A program made the position numbers and the translations under genes. DNA of 64,000 nt from Chiloscyllium plagiosum (lineage: Eukaryota). Below, one piece after another: positions 24,140-37,609 of the stretch; position 1 is the first letter of the stretch; the number at the start of each line of letters is the position of its first letter. Below the pieces are notes generated by a model. It did no database searches, was not told where the DNA came from, and was given only the letters and a program-made list of their open reading frames with translations. Location: positions 4,188,962 through 4,252,961 of the forward strand of contig NC_057758.1 of NCBI RefSeq assembly GCF_004010195.1. The letters run 5' to 3'.

Positions 24140-24710
24140 TGCACAGTCCCTCCATCAGACTGGGACTCGTTCAATACTGGCACTCCGATAGTGCTCTATC
24201 CTTCAACACTGAGCGTCTAACAGTTTGGCCCTCCCTCAACTGAACCTCCGACAGTGTGGAACTTCGTCAGTGTTGACCCTAAGACGGTGAAGTGCTGCCT
24301 CAGCAGTGGCCCTCCAGCAGTGTGGAGCTCTCTCAGCAGTGACCATCTGACAGTGTGTCACTCCCTCATAATTGCCCTTTATCAGCGTGGCGCTGTTGCA
24401 GCACCGTCTCTCTGCCAATGAGACTCCCTCACCCCTGACATTCCAGTAATGCAGCACTCTCTCAGCACCAACCATCTGGCAAAGCCCACTTTCTCAGGAA
24501 CGAACGTCTGACAATGGCCACATTCTCAGCGCTGAGCTTAAAATAGTCATTTCTTTCTCACCATTGACTCACCGACAGTGCCATGTCAGTCAGAATTGAC
24601 CCACTGACAGAGTCCCCTTCATCTGCATTGACCCATTGACTGTGTGCTCTCCCGCTCACTGACTGATCATCTGTGCAAAAGGTGCGTAAACACTGCCCCT
24701 CTGATGGGAC
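24140..24710. repeat. Degenerate minisatellite, unit ~33 bp (ccctccgacagtgcggcactccctcagcactga-like)
   Basis: Recurring ctccgacagtgt / tctcagca / ctgacagtg motifs at ~33-bp spacing. Confidence 0.7.
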
Positions 24711-25789
24711 AAGAGTCTTTCGACACCATGATCAGTTTATCCATCGTGTTGGGGCTCGATAGATAAAGCAATGTGGTTGCTTGAACCTGGGACATTGGCA
24801 TGAGCGTTAACACGGTGATTGAAACTGAAAAGGAGAATCAAGATATCAATGGCACGTTTCTATTTAATTATCTCCCCCGCACCCACATTCCACCACAATC
24901 GCCAAACACTCCCGGTCAGTTTGAGAACTGCCTGTTCCCAGTGAGAAATAAGAGATGACGCATTGATCAACGTATTGAGCTTTATTCTGATCTATTCGAA
25001 TGCACTGGGTCAGACTGCTGTCGTTTCTATGGATTTGAGCAAAACTCAAATTTTAGAATTTGGAGCGAGCATTAGTCGCACCTCAGTCATGCCTCTCTCT
25101 GTGTCACACTCTGTTTTCTGTCACTCAAACAGCTGAACATGCCTGTGATACATACACCGTTGAAAATAATCTCACTTCTGCTACAGCGGATATGATTATA
25201 AATTGCCCCCAAGCTTTTACATTCACTGAAGAAACCTGGAAAATAGAAAACACGCATTAATTATTATATCAGTCAGTGCTCCAAGTAGGGCCGAAGCAAT
25301 GAATACAGAGAAGAGAACAGTGCACTGTAGTCTAACAGAGTAATATTGAAAGCAGAGTACTCCATGTGTCTACTAACAGAAGGATATAGAGAAGGAAACT
25401 CTGTGGTAAATCCTGACAGAAGAATATGGAGACTAGTACTGTTCATAGAGCTCCAAGTTTGATCTAGCTGAGTGGCACGGAAATCAGAAATGTGGACAGG
25501 GCTTTATTTGTCACGTAAGTGAGTGATATGGAGAGCAGAACAGTATACGTGTTCCCAAAGTAGTCAAACATTATGATATGCAAATTAGAACTGTTCACAA
25601 TGCTTCCAATGTTTTAGACCTAGGGAAATAAAACTGGAAGATTGCTCAATTATCCGAATATTGTTTATTTCAATAAGATCTCATTTCATTCATCTAAACT
25701 ACAAATAGCACAGATACAATCTACTTAACCACTCCTCAGATGACTGTTCCTCGATGCATGGACCGGCAGTCCATCTTCTGTGGGCTGCA

Positions 25790-26480
25790 TCCAATGCCAA
25801 TACATGGTTGTTTGTTTAACCGCGTCAAATAATTTTGTCGCGTCCAGCCTAAGTTTGACGAGTGCATTGTATAATTTTAGCAAAACAGCACGACTTTTCA
25901 ATCCATCCCCGTTGAAATAATTCCCACATTGCAGTTGCTTTATTGCGTACACACTACGAAGCGTTTTTTTAAAATTAAGATGGAGCTCTCCTATCCCCAA
26001 ATCCCCCGGTTCCAGAAATTTCTACAATCTTTCTCCACTTTATAACATTTAGCTTCTCTATTCTTCCTATCAAAATGCACAACCTCACATTTCCCCAAGT
26101 TATATTGCAACATCACTTTTACCCTCCCATATAACCTCACCATATCCCTCCGCATTCTATTTGCATGATTCGAAACATTTCTCTTTCAAACGATTTTTAA
26201 ATCATTCACAACTTGGTAATGATACAGTCGCCTCCATCGTTTAAGTCATTTCTAGAGAATGTCGGTAATTGTAGCCCAAAAACTGACACTTGTGGCAATC
26301 CCCCCACCCCCACCCCCGTTACAGGGTGTTATTCTTAAAATAACCTGATACCCCAACTCTGAAAATATCCTCATACCCCAACTCTCTGCTTTTAAATAGT
26401 TAGCCAATCCTTGATCCGTTCTGGTGTAATATCTCCAACATCATGTTCTTTAATCTTATTAAATATCTTAATGTGCATCA
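25790..26480 (-). mobile_element. Old CR1-like LINE fragment
   Basis: Minus-strand peptide KSRAVLLKLYNALVKLRLD; caacctcacatttcccca..ttatatt motif. Confidence 0.6.
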
Positions 26481-27169
26481 AATGCTTTCTTGAAAAATGA
26501 TTTTCAGAAACCTAAATTAAGGAATAAGTCAACAGAATTAGCAGCTTGCTTTAAGAAGCTCGGGGGCAATACAGTAAATGGAGATGCTCCGTTATGATAA
26601 ACGGAAACCATCCTTTCAGTTGAAGTCAGAACGTTTAATGTGAAGACAATGGCAAAACTTCGCTGACAAATGGCAATATTTCAGGTGATTGCTGCAGTTA
26701 GAGAAATGAAACCTTCTAATCTCTGGAAAGACATCTGCTCAAGAATATTTATGCGATGTAAGATAGTTGTTTGCCTTCATTGCGTGTGAATAAAATGTTG
26801 TTGTGTTATTGTTAATCGTATAGTGGCAGCCTCTGATGAGCACGTTTATTGATAGGCTTCAATGGTAGTACAAAGGAAACGATGTTACCCTTAGGGTGCA
26901 TCTAGCCAGGTTTCAGTGTGGGACCTTTTTCAGAAAGACGACAAGCTGGGATCATTTCAGCTTGAAACCAGAACTGAGAGAAGTAAGAGTGTTGGGAGCA
27001 GAATTCTGAAAGCACTGCGCAGCTCATATTGAGAAAATGGTTGTCAAACAATCTCCTATGGTCCCTCACAAGAGCAAATTATCTAAATGCTCATGAGACA
27101 TATAATCAGCTGAGGGGACAGGTGACCATGATGTGTCTCCAAATTATTTTGGTTGATGGAATGTCTTAA

Positions 27170-27485
27170 GGGAGGAAAGACACCGAGAGATGGACACAAC
27201 AAATGGATAGAGGAAGGTGAGAAAAAGAAAGACAGTCAGATAGAGAAAAAGAGATGGGACATAGAGAGCAACAGAGAGAGAAAGACAGAAAAAGGTAAAA
27301 GATAGAGATAGAGATAGAAATAGAACAGGGGATACAGATAGTTTAACATCGAGAGCGGGTAGAGACTCACAGGGAGAACGAGACAGGCAGAGATAGTGAT
27401 AGTGAAGAGAGCAGATGTAGAGAGGAACAGAACGAGAGAGAATGACAGAGAGAAGAGACAAATAGACAGAGAGAGGTGGACACGA
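27170..27485. repeat. Degenerate (GA)n purine-rich tract
   Basis: Interrupted GA/AGAT repeats. Confidence 0.8.
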
Positions 27486-28269
27486 GGGAAATCCAAAATT
27501 GTAGGTTAGCATATCCGATAGCTCATTGGCAATTTGATTTGATTCTACAGCACACATTTAGCTGTATGTGTGGAGGAGCACAGTTATCCTGATATGGATT
27601 TCGGGCGGAGCAGCTGGGGAGGTCCGGAGGTCTGAAGGGAATTGCAAACACACTGGTGCTGAACTAAAGGTGTCTTCTGGTGGGAATATGTAGATGGAAA
27701 GTACGAGGCAATAAAGATAGCTCCTTGGTGGAATAGTGTTTTAGAATAATGGAGAGCTTATTGCACCACACAATATTCACAGGGGGGTTTGAGAGGAGAG
27801 ATATGGTGAAGCCGGTTCCCCTTGTGGGATAATTTATGACCAGAAAGCATCATCATATAATAAGAAGTCACCAATAGAAAACTGATTGAAGCGATGAGGT
27901 GGAATTTCTAATTTGAAATGTGTGTGAACACATGGAAAGTAGTGCGAAGTGCTGTGGACGTTGGGTGATTCATTAATTCCAGGTGCGATGATGGTGATTT
28001 TCAATTAGGAAGGGAGTCATACATCATGGGTAAAATGCTCGTGAAAAGAGTGATGACCTTATACACCTCAGGTTTCCAGTTGTCTGCCTGGGGAAAATAA
28101 AGTGTTTTGAACGAACGAAACATCAGGAGCTAAAGGCAGCATCACGTCACGCCCAGCGGGTCGACCTCAATAATCATATAATATTTCGAGAGGTTGGTTT
28201 TGGCCCATATCAACTGTATACTCACTGCCTGCCTGGATCCTCTACAATTTGGCGACTAACGTAACAGAT

Positions 28270-28660
28270 ACAGAAACGGTGCCATATCCCAAGCTCTGCA
28301 CTCATCACTGGACCACCTGAGCAAGAAGGTCACCTGCATCAGACTCCTGCTCATCGACGACAGCTCCCACTTCAACACCATAGTGTCCTCCAGACTGATT
28401 GCAAATCTCTGTGACCTACGTCCCGGCTTCACATCTCAAAATGGATACTCAGACTCATGGACTGCAATCAGTGAAGATAGATAACATCACCTCCTCCACG
28501 ATACTGGACCCCACCAGGGATGCAACCTCAGCCCTCTACTGTACTCCCTGTACTTCCAGGACTGTGCCATTGCAAATGAACAGTGTATTCATTTGCTAAC
28601 GACGCCACCGTGATAGGATAGACATCTGACAACAATGAGTCGAAATTCAGTGCGGAATTA
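28270..28660 (+). mobile_element. Decayed Rex1/L2-type LINE RT fragment
   Basis: RLLLIDDSSHFNTIVSSRLI resembles the LFIDYSSAFNTI RT motif; downstream LSPLLYSLYT-like and FADD-like remnants. Confidence 0.55.
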
Positions 28661-28899
28661 ATGGATGCCATTAAGGCATATTGCATGTGCTTTCTCAATT
28701 ACGGGGATGATAGTGGTCTTCGTGACATAGCTGGTATCTTTGGCTTATTGGAAATGTGGAAGATGTCAGAGAATAAGATCTGAGTGCTTGGCTGTGAACA
28801 CCATCCAGGTCCCTCACTTTCTTTTGCTTGACTCCAAGAAAGTCTGATCTGACATCAGCAACAGTGATGGAGAGAACAAATATGTCCGGAGCTGTTGGG

Positions 28900-29750
28900 A
28901 CTGTGATCACCGTACTGCTGTGAAAGCACGGTGCACGTCAAGGAGGTATGTGTCTTTGTCTGGTATCTTGCTGTGTTTCATTTTCTACCCTGTTATGCAG
29001 CTGAGGCCTTACCACAAGTGGGTGGAGTGTAATTGATTCGTTTGGGCCACTAACGTGAGCTCATACTGAATGAGAGGAACTCTGATGCCTTTGCAGAATA
29101 CATAGCCGGCCCTTCTGAGTATGTCTATGTCATCCGACCCGAATGCTGGTCTTCAGTCGAGAACTTCCTGGTTCAGATCAGCCTTCTGCTTGGAGAGCAA
29201 CCGGATTGACATTATTTGCTGCATAGTCCTCCATACATTTGCTCATGAAGTCCAAGACGGTGGCTACGTGCCGATCGAGGTTTTCTGCTTATGTCTTGAA
29301 TACAGTCTATTCCAACGATTCCGAGAACGCCCAGAGATGGTCTTCGACTTTTTCAGCTCAGCATTGTATTGCTCTTTGTGAAGGTTCCTTCTTCACAAAA
29401 TAGTTTCAAATTCTGTTTCGAAGCTTCGAAGAGGAACACAGCAGTGCAATCTGATTTTCCGAAATTTGGGCAGGGTCTGGAGAGGAAGGTTGACTCTCCA
29501 TGGAATTCCAAAACGCACAGCATTGTGGTTGCCATTGACCCCCTTCGTATATACATGTGACGCTTGCTCCACACAAGTCCAGTTGCCATTAACTTGCTTT
29601 GGGGTCTGCATGCAAATCCAAATCAACAGCACTGTGCTTACCACCGGCCTTCTCTGTCTATACACGTTACTCCATGCTTCATGACAACCTGATATATCTT
29701 GCATGAGTTTCCAGAGCCATAGCACAGAGGGTACCACTAACATATTCTGT
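28900..29750 (-). mobile_element. Decayed RTE-clade LINE 3' portion
   Basis: Minus-strand remnants (RRPVVSTVLLI.., LEFHG) resemble the RTE C-terminal TLLYGCETW..LExFH region. Confidence 0.45.
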
Positions 29751-30599
29751 CCCGACCTGTGACTTCAGACCCACTTTCGCCAGTTCTGAGCAATTGTAAT
29801 TCGACCAGAAAAGTGAACTGTGACTTCTCTCCACAGATGCTGCCAGATCCGTTGAGCGTTTCCAGCTGTTTCGGTGTTCATGATCTATTGAGTTTGGGGA
29901 GAGTGGCCTGGAGGACTCAGTGACTGACTGTTGCCTTAGTTTTGTGTGTTCGGATTACACAATGGAGCTTGTCTAATGGATTCTCCTCCAGATACGTAAT
30001 GTTTAGAGTGGGAAGTTTCATTGTGTGTGTGCACCCACTTAATGGTATAATCACCATCTGATGCAAACCAAATTCGGTAGATATTTCCCTCCATGACTGT
30101 ACAATGTGCGTAAGAAAAGATGTGATTGATCGTCTCTTTGTGTTCAGCAATGAAGCAGAGAGATTTTTTATCTCCTGCTCTGTCCCGGCGCAGATTCACA
30201 TTTGCTTTCGAATCTTTGAACTCAGATGTGAGGTATTGGAGATTCTTATGCAATTACCTAAGCCGTCATCTGAGTGGAATAACATGCACTCTCCATCCCG
30301 AAATTAAGGGTGTAAAATGAAGGAGTGAATTTGGTCGTGGGCTATGGTTTCTGTGTTTTCGAGCACCAAACAATATAATCAGGAAGTCCAGGGAAGGCAG
30401 TTCAGCCCATCGTGTCATACCATGAAATAGTATTGAAAACATATAACAACCCCATATTCCAAACGTTGGCTATTAACTTGAATGCAGATCATCCAATGGC
30501 ATTTTAAAGATTGTGAAGATCCCATCCTCAGCTGCTCTTCCAGACCACCAGGTTGAAAACCTTTCTCCTCATCTTGCCTCCAATCTTTTGTTTGACTGT

Positions 30600-31030
30600 T
30601 CATCCAGGGAGCCAGATTATGATATGCGCACCTGGGTTCGAATCCCGCCCTGGCAGTTGGTGGAATTGGAAATCAAACATTTAAAGAAATATGGACTTTA
30701 GATTCTAATGATGAACATAAGCCCATTGTCGATTGTCGGAAAAAAAAACAAGTAGTTCGCGAATGTCCTTCAGGGAAGGAAAGTGTCATCCTAAATCAAA
30801 CATTTAAAGAAATATGGACTTTAGATTCTAATGATGAACATAAGCCCATTGTCGATTGTCGGAAAAAAAACAAGTAGTTCGCGAATGTCCTTCAGGGAAG
30901 GAAAGTGTCATCCTTATGTGGCCTGGCGTACATGTGGCTCCAGACAGATAGAAATGAAGTTGACACCTCACTGGCGTCGAGATGGGCAATAAATGATTTC
31001 TAACCAGCGATGTCCTCATTCAGTGAATGC
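30600..31030 (+). mobile_element. DeuSINE/SacSINE1-like element with an internal 123-bp tandem duplication (30670-30914)
   Basis: B-box gggttcgaatccc, Deu-like aatgtccttcagggaaggaaa..tggcct..acatgtggctccaga, 3' gggcaataaatg; duplicated unit begins aaatcaaacatttaaag at 30670 and 30793. Confidence 0.7.
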
Positions 31031-31239
31031 AATCGAGGCATCTTCTATCTTTCAAATATAAATTGCGTCGCGTTGACCCTCCAGCTGTGGGACGCAGCTG
31101 CTTTTTATTCACTCTGTCTGTGCTCCTCATGATCTTCCAATCCTCAAAAAGGTCTCCTCTGCTCCAAAGAAAAGAACCCGAGCATATCCAGACTCTCTTC
31201 AGAACTAAATTGCTCTATAGAACATAGACCATCGCAGGA

Positions 31240-31510
31240 ACTGATTCTTCTGCCCCCATTGTGGTCGCAGATCTAATCCCATCTGTCTACACACGGACTG
31301 TATCTCTCTGTTCTCTGCCTGGTCACATGTTTTTCGAAGTGCCTCTTCTCCCTTGCCATTGTATTTATTTCCAGTATTGTTGTTGGCAGTGTTGTCCAGA
31401 TGCCTACCACCCTCTGTGTGAAAATCTTTCCTTGCGCATTTCCTTTACACCTTTCCCCTCTCAACATAAACCAACACCAACCAGACTTTGACATTTCCAA
31501 CCTCGGTGAG
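31240..31510 (-). mobile_element. CR1 LINE 3' fragment
   Basis: Minus-strand peptide LRGERCKGNAQGKIFTQRVVGIWTTLP. Confidence 0.7.
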
Positions 31511-33084
31511 TTCACTAGCTAGGTAAACTACTCACAGATCGCATAATTCTTGATATTTCGAGCCAGACTGCCCCCAGCCTTCGACAATAAAGCGAAAGCC
31601 TTTCCTAATAGTTAGTATACTATAAGCCAGGCAACATTCCGGTCGAATTAACTACATAGAGGCTTGTATCCCAAGTCACTCTTTATTTACATATGCACAG
31701 CATACTGACTGTAGCCAGCCATCTCAGAGGAATACCCTCAAGTGAAGATACTTTGGGTCCCTTTAATATAGCGGTGATTCAAGGCTCCCTGACTGTCCCA
31801 GTTTAACAACCCAAATCAAGTGTCACAGCGACAATACAATCCATATGCTTTCAATCACGAAGTTGTTAAATCTATTTGCATGTTCTACAAAGCATCCACA
31901 TCCTTCCTACATTAATGTGACCATAACTGCACACGGTTCTCTAACTGTAGCCTCAGCAACGTTCTGCACAACAGCTAGATTCCTGCAATGAGAAGGAATA
32001 TACCTTGCCCATTCCCTGAACTCCCTCCCCCCCCCCACCCGATTTCTCCCTGTCCCTATCTTAAGACACAGATCTGAATTGGAAGTGAAACATGAACAAT
32101 CAACACTTGTCATGTCACCCAGATTTTAATCACATGAGTGAGCAAACATGATTCAAGGCTGATTGGATTAACACCATCGACATCAACCTGAATTGCTGAG
32201 ATGAGGGATCTCTCCGGTCGGAAACACTGATGCTTTCCCGCATTGCATGTTGCCTTTTCCTCTTCGATGTCAGAAATGTTCACAGCATATGTACAAGTAC
32301 AGGCAAGAACGTTGGATGATCATTCAAACACTGTTGTGATATAATACTTCGCTGCACTAACTTCCAGAGAAAATACATGCAACGCAAAGAGCAAGAAAGG
32401 AGAGTAAAACAGAAAAAAAAGTAAATTGATGTCAGCATTCAGACAAGTAGGGCTTTCACCTGTGCTCTCACTGAGCTACACAAAGCTCGGACAATGCAAA
32501 TTGTTACTTCCCGGTCTAACTAGAATTTATTGAGAGTGACAACAGTACAGATGGCGTGAACTGTGTTCAAATTACTGTGTGCGAAGAACAGAACTGTGTG
32601 CAGTGCTGCAGGTTTGGCCTAATATTGATAGAACCTACTCAAATCCATGCAGTGTTTATGACTGTGACGATACAGAGGGGCTGAGGCGTCCTCTAGTACT
32701 TTGCCTACAGGGAGTGAGAAGATATCAGAGGCTTTAGCGGGCTTACAAGTGGACAGATCCTGAGTTTCATAAGTCAGGAATGTCTTTCCTCAGTGAATTG
32801 TTCGTATTTGGATCATGCAGTTGCGTCAGTGATGGAGGCAGATTCCACAGGAGGTTTCGAAGCAGAGCTGGAAATATATTTGAAATGGGCAAATCGAGAA
32901 GCGTTTGGAAATAGAACTGGAGAATGGGAGTGGCTGAGTTGCACTTTTCGGAATCGGGACAGACACGCTGGTTCGAATGGTCCCCTGCAATGTTAAATTC
33001 TGTTGTTGTCAGCTGACCAAATCTTGCTCAAAAGGGGAAGGTTCAAGACCAGCCATAAAGGTGGGCGTAACGTGGCAGAGCTGG

Positions 33085-33200
33085 TGTTGGACTGGGGTAG
33101 ACAAAGTTAAAAGAAAATCATATAACGCCAGGCAATAGTCGAACAGATTTTATTTGGAAGCAGAAGCTTTCAGAGCGGTACTCCTTCATCAGGTGGTTGT
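33085..33200 (-). mobile_element. Fragment of a second Penelope-like terminal-repeat family with a diverged minimal hammerhead (33160-33197)
   Basis: Minus strand accac CTGATGA A GGAG-taccg-CTCT GAAA GC TT ctgcttccaaataaa. Confidence 0.55.
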
Positions 33201-35939
33201 CGACCAGGACCATGAGATGCAAATTCAATATTCGCAATAAGAAGCAAAGCTAACGTAAAATATTTGGACAAGCGAGGAATTTCAATTGGTGGATTTCTGA
33301 GTGGAATCTTTTATCTCTTCTGAAATTAGTGAAACACGATGATCTGATGGAATCAATAGACTTTATCTTCAATGGAACGACATTAGGCCATTCGAACTCT
33401 CGAGTTTGTCCAAACACTCAAGACATCCATCAACGGTTTGTTGATACATCTATATGCCTGCCGGGCCCGTGGCCTTGCTGAATAGAAAACAAATTATGCT
33501 TCAGATTTAGAATGGACAAATGGATTACCATCGATCACTTATTTGAGTACGAATGCTCCAAGCCTTCACTTTTCTTTGTATATCGAAGTGCTTGCGATCG
33601 TCTCTCCTGAATGAGCTGACCATAATCCTTATATTATAATTTGGGTTTCACTGTCTGAGCCGAGCATTGATTGCCCATCTCTCGTTGCCCTTGAGAAGGT
33701 GGTGCTGAGCTGACTTCTTGAATTACCGTCGTTCACATGCTGGAAGTAGACTCACGCTGTCCTTACCGAGGGATTTCCAGGATTTTGTCCCAGCACATCT
33801 GTGAAATAAATTTCAAAATGTGGAAATAGTTTATATTTATCAACACAGTCTTTCATTATCAATATCCTGAAGACCTCAATTAGATCACTCCTTAAACATT
33901 TGGATTCTTCAGAATAACGTTTTAATTTATCTCAAATCTCCGAAGAACGATAAACCCGAGGTTCAGGTATCATCCTTGTAAACCTGCAGCGATGTCCCTG
34001 CAGGACCAGAATACTCTCTGTAATAAGTGCTTCTGTTTCAGATCTGCACACAGTACTGTCCGTGAGCTACAGATTTGGAAATCAGAGTCCTTTTTAATCC
34101 TTCCTTGTTCAATGTTACGAGGTTTTCTGCCTCTATCAGCCTTAAGCGTTCCAGAGTTATATATTCCTAATATTCACTGTGTGATTGAAAGTCCATATAC
34201 CCTCCAAATCTTATTTCAATAAACCTATCCACCCCATTGACTGATGCATCTGTGAGGTGGAATAGTTTCTTAACCTCCACACTATGTATTCCTCTCACCA
34301 CTGACACATCTCAATCTTAATCTTTCCAAACAAGTCCAGTCTGTCCAATCTCTCTTCACGACTGAAACTCTTCAGCTCAGGCACGATATTGGTTAATCGC
34401 ATATCATCCCCAACCCACCCCCATCCATTACAATCACATTCTTCCTATCTTGAGTATTCCATAATACTTTTCCTCTGTCCTGAGCAACATTTTGTACAGT
34501 TTCAGCTTTCTCAGCGGTACCACGACTGTTTCAAATCTTCCGTTAAGAGGTGAAGGGCTGTCTGTGTCTGAGATAGAGCCCTGAGCAGCTGAGCAAGAGT
34601 TGTGAAAACATTGCTGCTTTTACATGTAGACCTAGTTCTGGTACAGCATGCGAGTAGCTGAGGGATTGACCATACTCCTGACCATACCTAAGGACTCTCA
34701 GCCCACTGGCCAACTTGCTTACCACAAGGTTCAAAAGGCATTAAGCCTGGTAGGAGCGACTATTTATGAGGATTAGATTCAACCGCACTCATTGCAATTG
34801 ACAAGACTCAAAGACAATATCATTGAAATATGCAATATTTGTTAGGGACGCGAAAGGTGAGGTGCAGAAATGTATTTTCCCCAGAGGTAGTTTTGAGGAC
34901 CAGGGAGATTCGTCTCATAATAATGGGTCACCGATTGAGATGGAATCTCCTGTCTCAAAGGATAGTGAACCTTTGGAATTCTTTACTACAGATGGCTGTG
35001 GAGGTTGGGTCTTTCGGTATATTTAAGGCTGTAACAAATTAAGTTTAATCAGGATGGGGAATCGAGAGTTATGGGGAAAATGCAGGGAAGTCGATTCAGT
35101 ATGATCTGAACAGTCGCGATCTCATGGAGTCCCAGTGCAGTATCGATGAGCGGTCTGTGGCGAGAAGATCTTATTTGGATTAGTGAGACTCCAAAAAACA
35201 CAATACCCCAAGTATGGTCTCGCTAAAGCCCTGTATAACTTCAATGAGCTATCCCAACTCCTGAACTCCATTCCCCTTGCAAATAAGGCCAACATATCAT
35301 TTGACTTGCATTAACGGAGGCAGCGAGTGAGCTGTTGATTCCAAGCAACTTGAGAAACATGGTCAGACAGGATAGTGACTGGTTCTGTTTCAGAGGAAAT
35401 TTCGAACAAAATAACATGCGCACGACAAAAATGTTTAAAGATTTTGTTATGGACCAGACCGACCACGCCATCAAAAGATTTCAAGGAAGTACTCAGACCC
35501 TAACTTTGTTAATTGTCCGAAGCAGGTTCAGAGCAGCTATTCCTGAGTGATGCAGCTGGCCCCACCAGTTAGTTTGCAGAAAATCAGAATTAATTTGCAA
35601 GATTAGCGAATGGAACACAAACAACAGAGACCAGAATATACACAAACGTAACCGATCTGAAAGCGGAACAGATTATCCCAACTTAATCATGTTGCAAATT
35701 ACTGCAACAACCTCCATAAACACGACCTTGGCACAAATTATAAAATCAAACATAGGGTCCACAGGGGAGAGACAGCAGAGAGATTCAGCATGGAACACCT
35801 TCTTCCATCGCTTATTTGACGAGCAGCCTCAAAACTGACTGACTACTTGCTCTGATCAGCCAGACTGCTCAATCTGAAACCAAATCAAGGGTTAAAGGAG
35901 AAACATTGTCCGACATGGGAAACACAATCAGCACATCCT

Positions 35940-36890
35940 AGACGAGGGGAGAGTTGAGAAAGTCATGCCAGCACTGTATTAATGACTTGGAGCAAAGAAC
36001 TGAACATCTAGTCACCAAAATTGTTCACAACATTACGATTGGTGGAATGGCAAGTTGCGAGCAAAATCTAAACAATTAATTGAAATATATTAATTGTTCA
36101 AGTCAGTGGACACAAAATTGACAAGTATCTTATAACATTGAAAGACGTGAAGATATTTGTTTTGGAAGGGGGAATTTTAAATAAAGAAAACTGCAACACA
36201 ATGGGACTTGGGAGAAAATGTTCTCTAAACACAAAAAGCTGGTAGGGAGGGGCAACAGACATTCACAAAGGCTAATGGAATGTTGATCGTTATTTCAAGA
36301 TTTTCAAGTATCATATCAGGGAGGTCTGACTGCAACTGATCAAGGTTCTGGGGAGACAATGTCTGGAATACTGTGAACAGTTTTTGTTCCCTCATTGAAG
36401 GAAAAATCTCATTTCATTGGAGGCAGTTTAGGGAAGGTACACTAGGATGATTTCAGGTTTGAAGGAAGTATCTCATAAGCAAAGCCTAAGTCTGTCGGCA
36501 TCTATTCACTGAATATTTCGAGAATGAGCGTTGTTTTCATTTGGAGCATACATGATTCTGAAGCGTGATTGCAAGGGTAAATGCTGATAGGAGGTTTTCC
36601 TTCATCGTGGAATCCAGGACCAGAGAATCAGAATAAGTAAGCAGCAATTTATACAGAGATGAGGAGGAATTTCTTCTCTCGGAAGGTTGTGAATTTTTGG
36701 AACTCTGTGTCACAGAGAGCTATGGTGGCCAGACGTTTTGTGTAAACGTAAGATAGGTAGACTTTATCAATCGGGGATTCACGGATTACAGACGAAGTCA
36801 GGAAAGTGGATGAGACGAATTTTGGAACAGAGACGATCCTCTCTTACTGGCAGAGCAGGTTTGAGGGGCAGACCTGTCCACTTCTCGTCG
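35940..36890 (+). mobile_element. Old CR1 LINE 3' portion (duplicated at ~58020-58970)
   Basis: gagatgaggaggaatttcttctctc..ggttgtgaat..ttggaactct 3' CR1 motif and decayed RT C-terminus. Confidence 0.7.
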
Positions 36891-37609
36891 TATCTGATTT
36901 TAAATAACGTTTTTCTCAACCATTCATTCCAAAATGATATTTTCCCCGTTCAGACTTCAACAAGTTTAATGTTTAAAAACCTGTAATCATTTCGGAGAAC
37001 CTGAACAGACGCGGGGGACAGGGTGGGTGTCGGGATGGTAGGCTCGGGGTAAGGTGTGAATTACGAAGGCAAAAAGAAACCTTATCACCACTCTCTAATC
37101 ACGAAGGAGATCCAGTGTAACCATTATCATGTAATCAGACGGCCTATTCAGTCATATTTGGTCACTCAACAATTCTCAGTTGCTGGAATGTCTGTGTCAA
37201 AACAATCACTACTCTGTTGCACGGCTGATACTTGGATGCTACGAAGTGTGTAACATGTGCACTTTCAACAGTAAAACAGCATCTGAAGTGATAAATATTG
37301 ACAGTGTCAGATAACTAACATATGGACACTCGACAGCATGCAGATTGTGCACTGCCTTCAGTAAGACAATATGTACAGTGTTGGAGAACTGAGGTTTGGA
37401 CATTCAGCAGCATGCATCATATGCATTATCTGCAATCATTCAATGTCTTCAGAGTGAGAGACTGATAATTGAACATTCAGCTCTGTGCAGCCTGTACATG
37501 GGAAACAGGATGGCAGAATTAGATGCTGGATCTTTTACACTCTTCAACGTGGGACAATGCAGATTTTGTTGAGTGACCCGATCTTTAATCCAGTAGATCT
37601 GGGTTAATA

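Noticed and set aside
24140..24710. CRISPR-like array
   Set aside because: Eukaryotic context; degenerate head-to-tail units without unique spacers, i.e. a minisatellite
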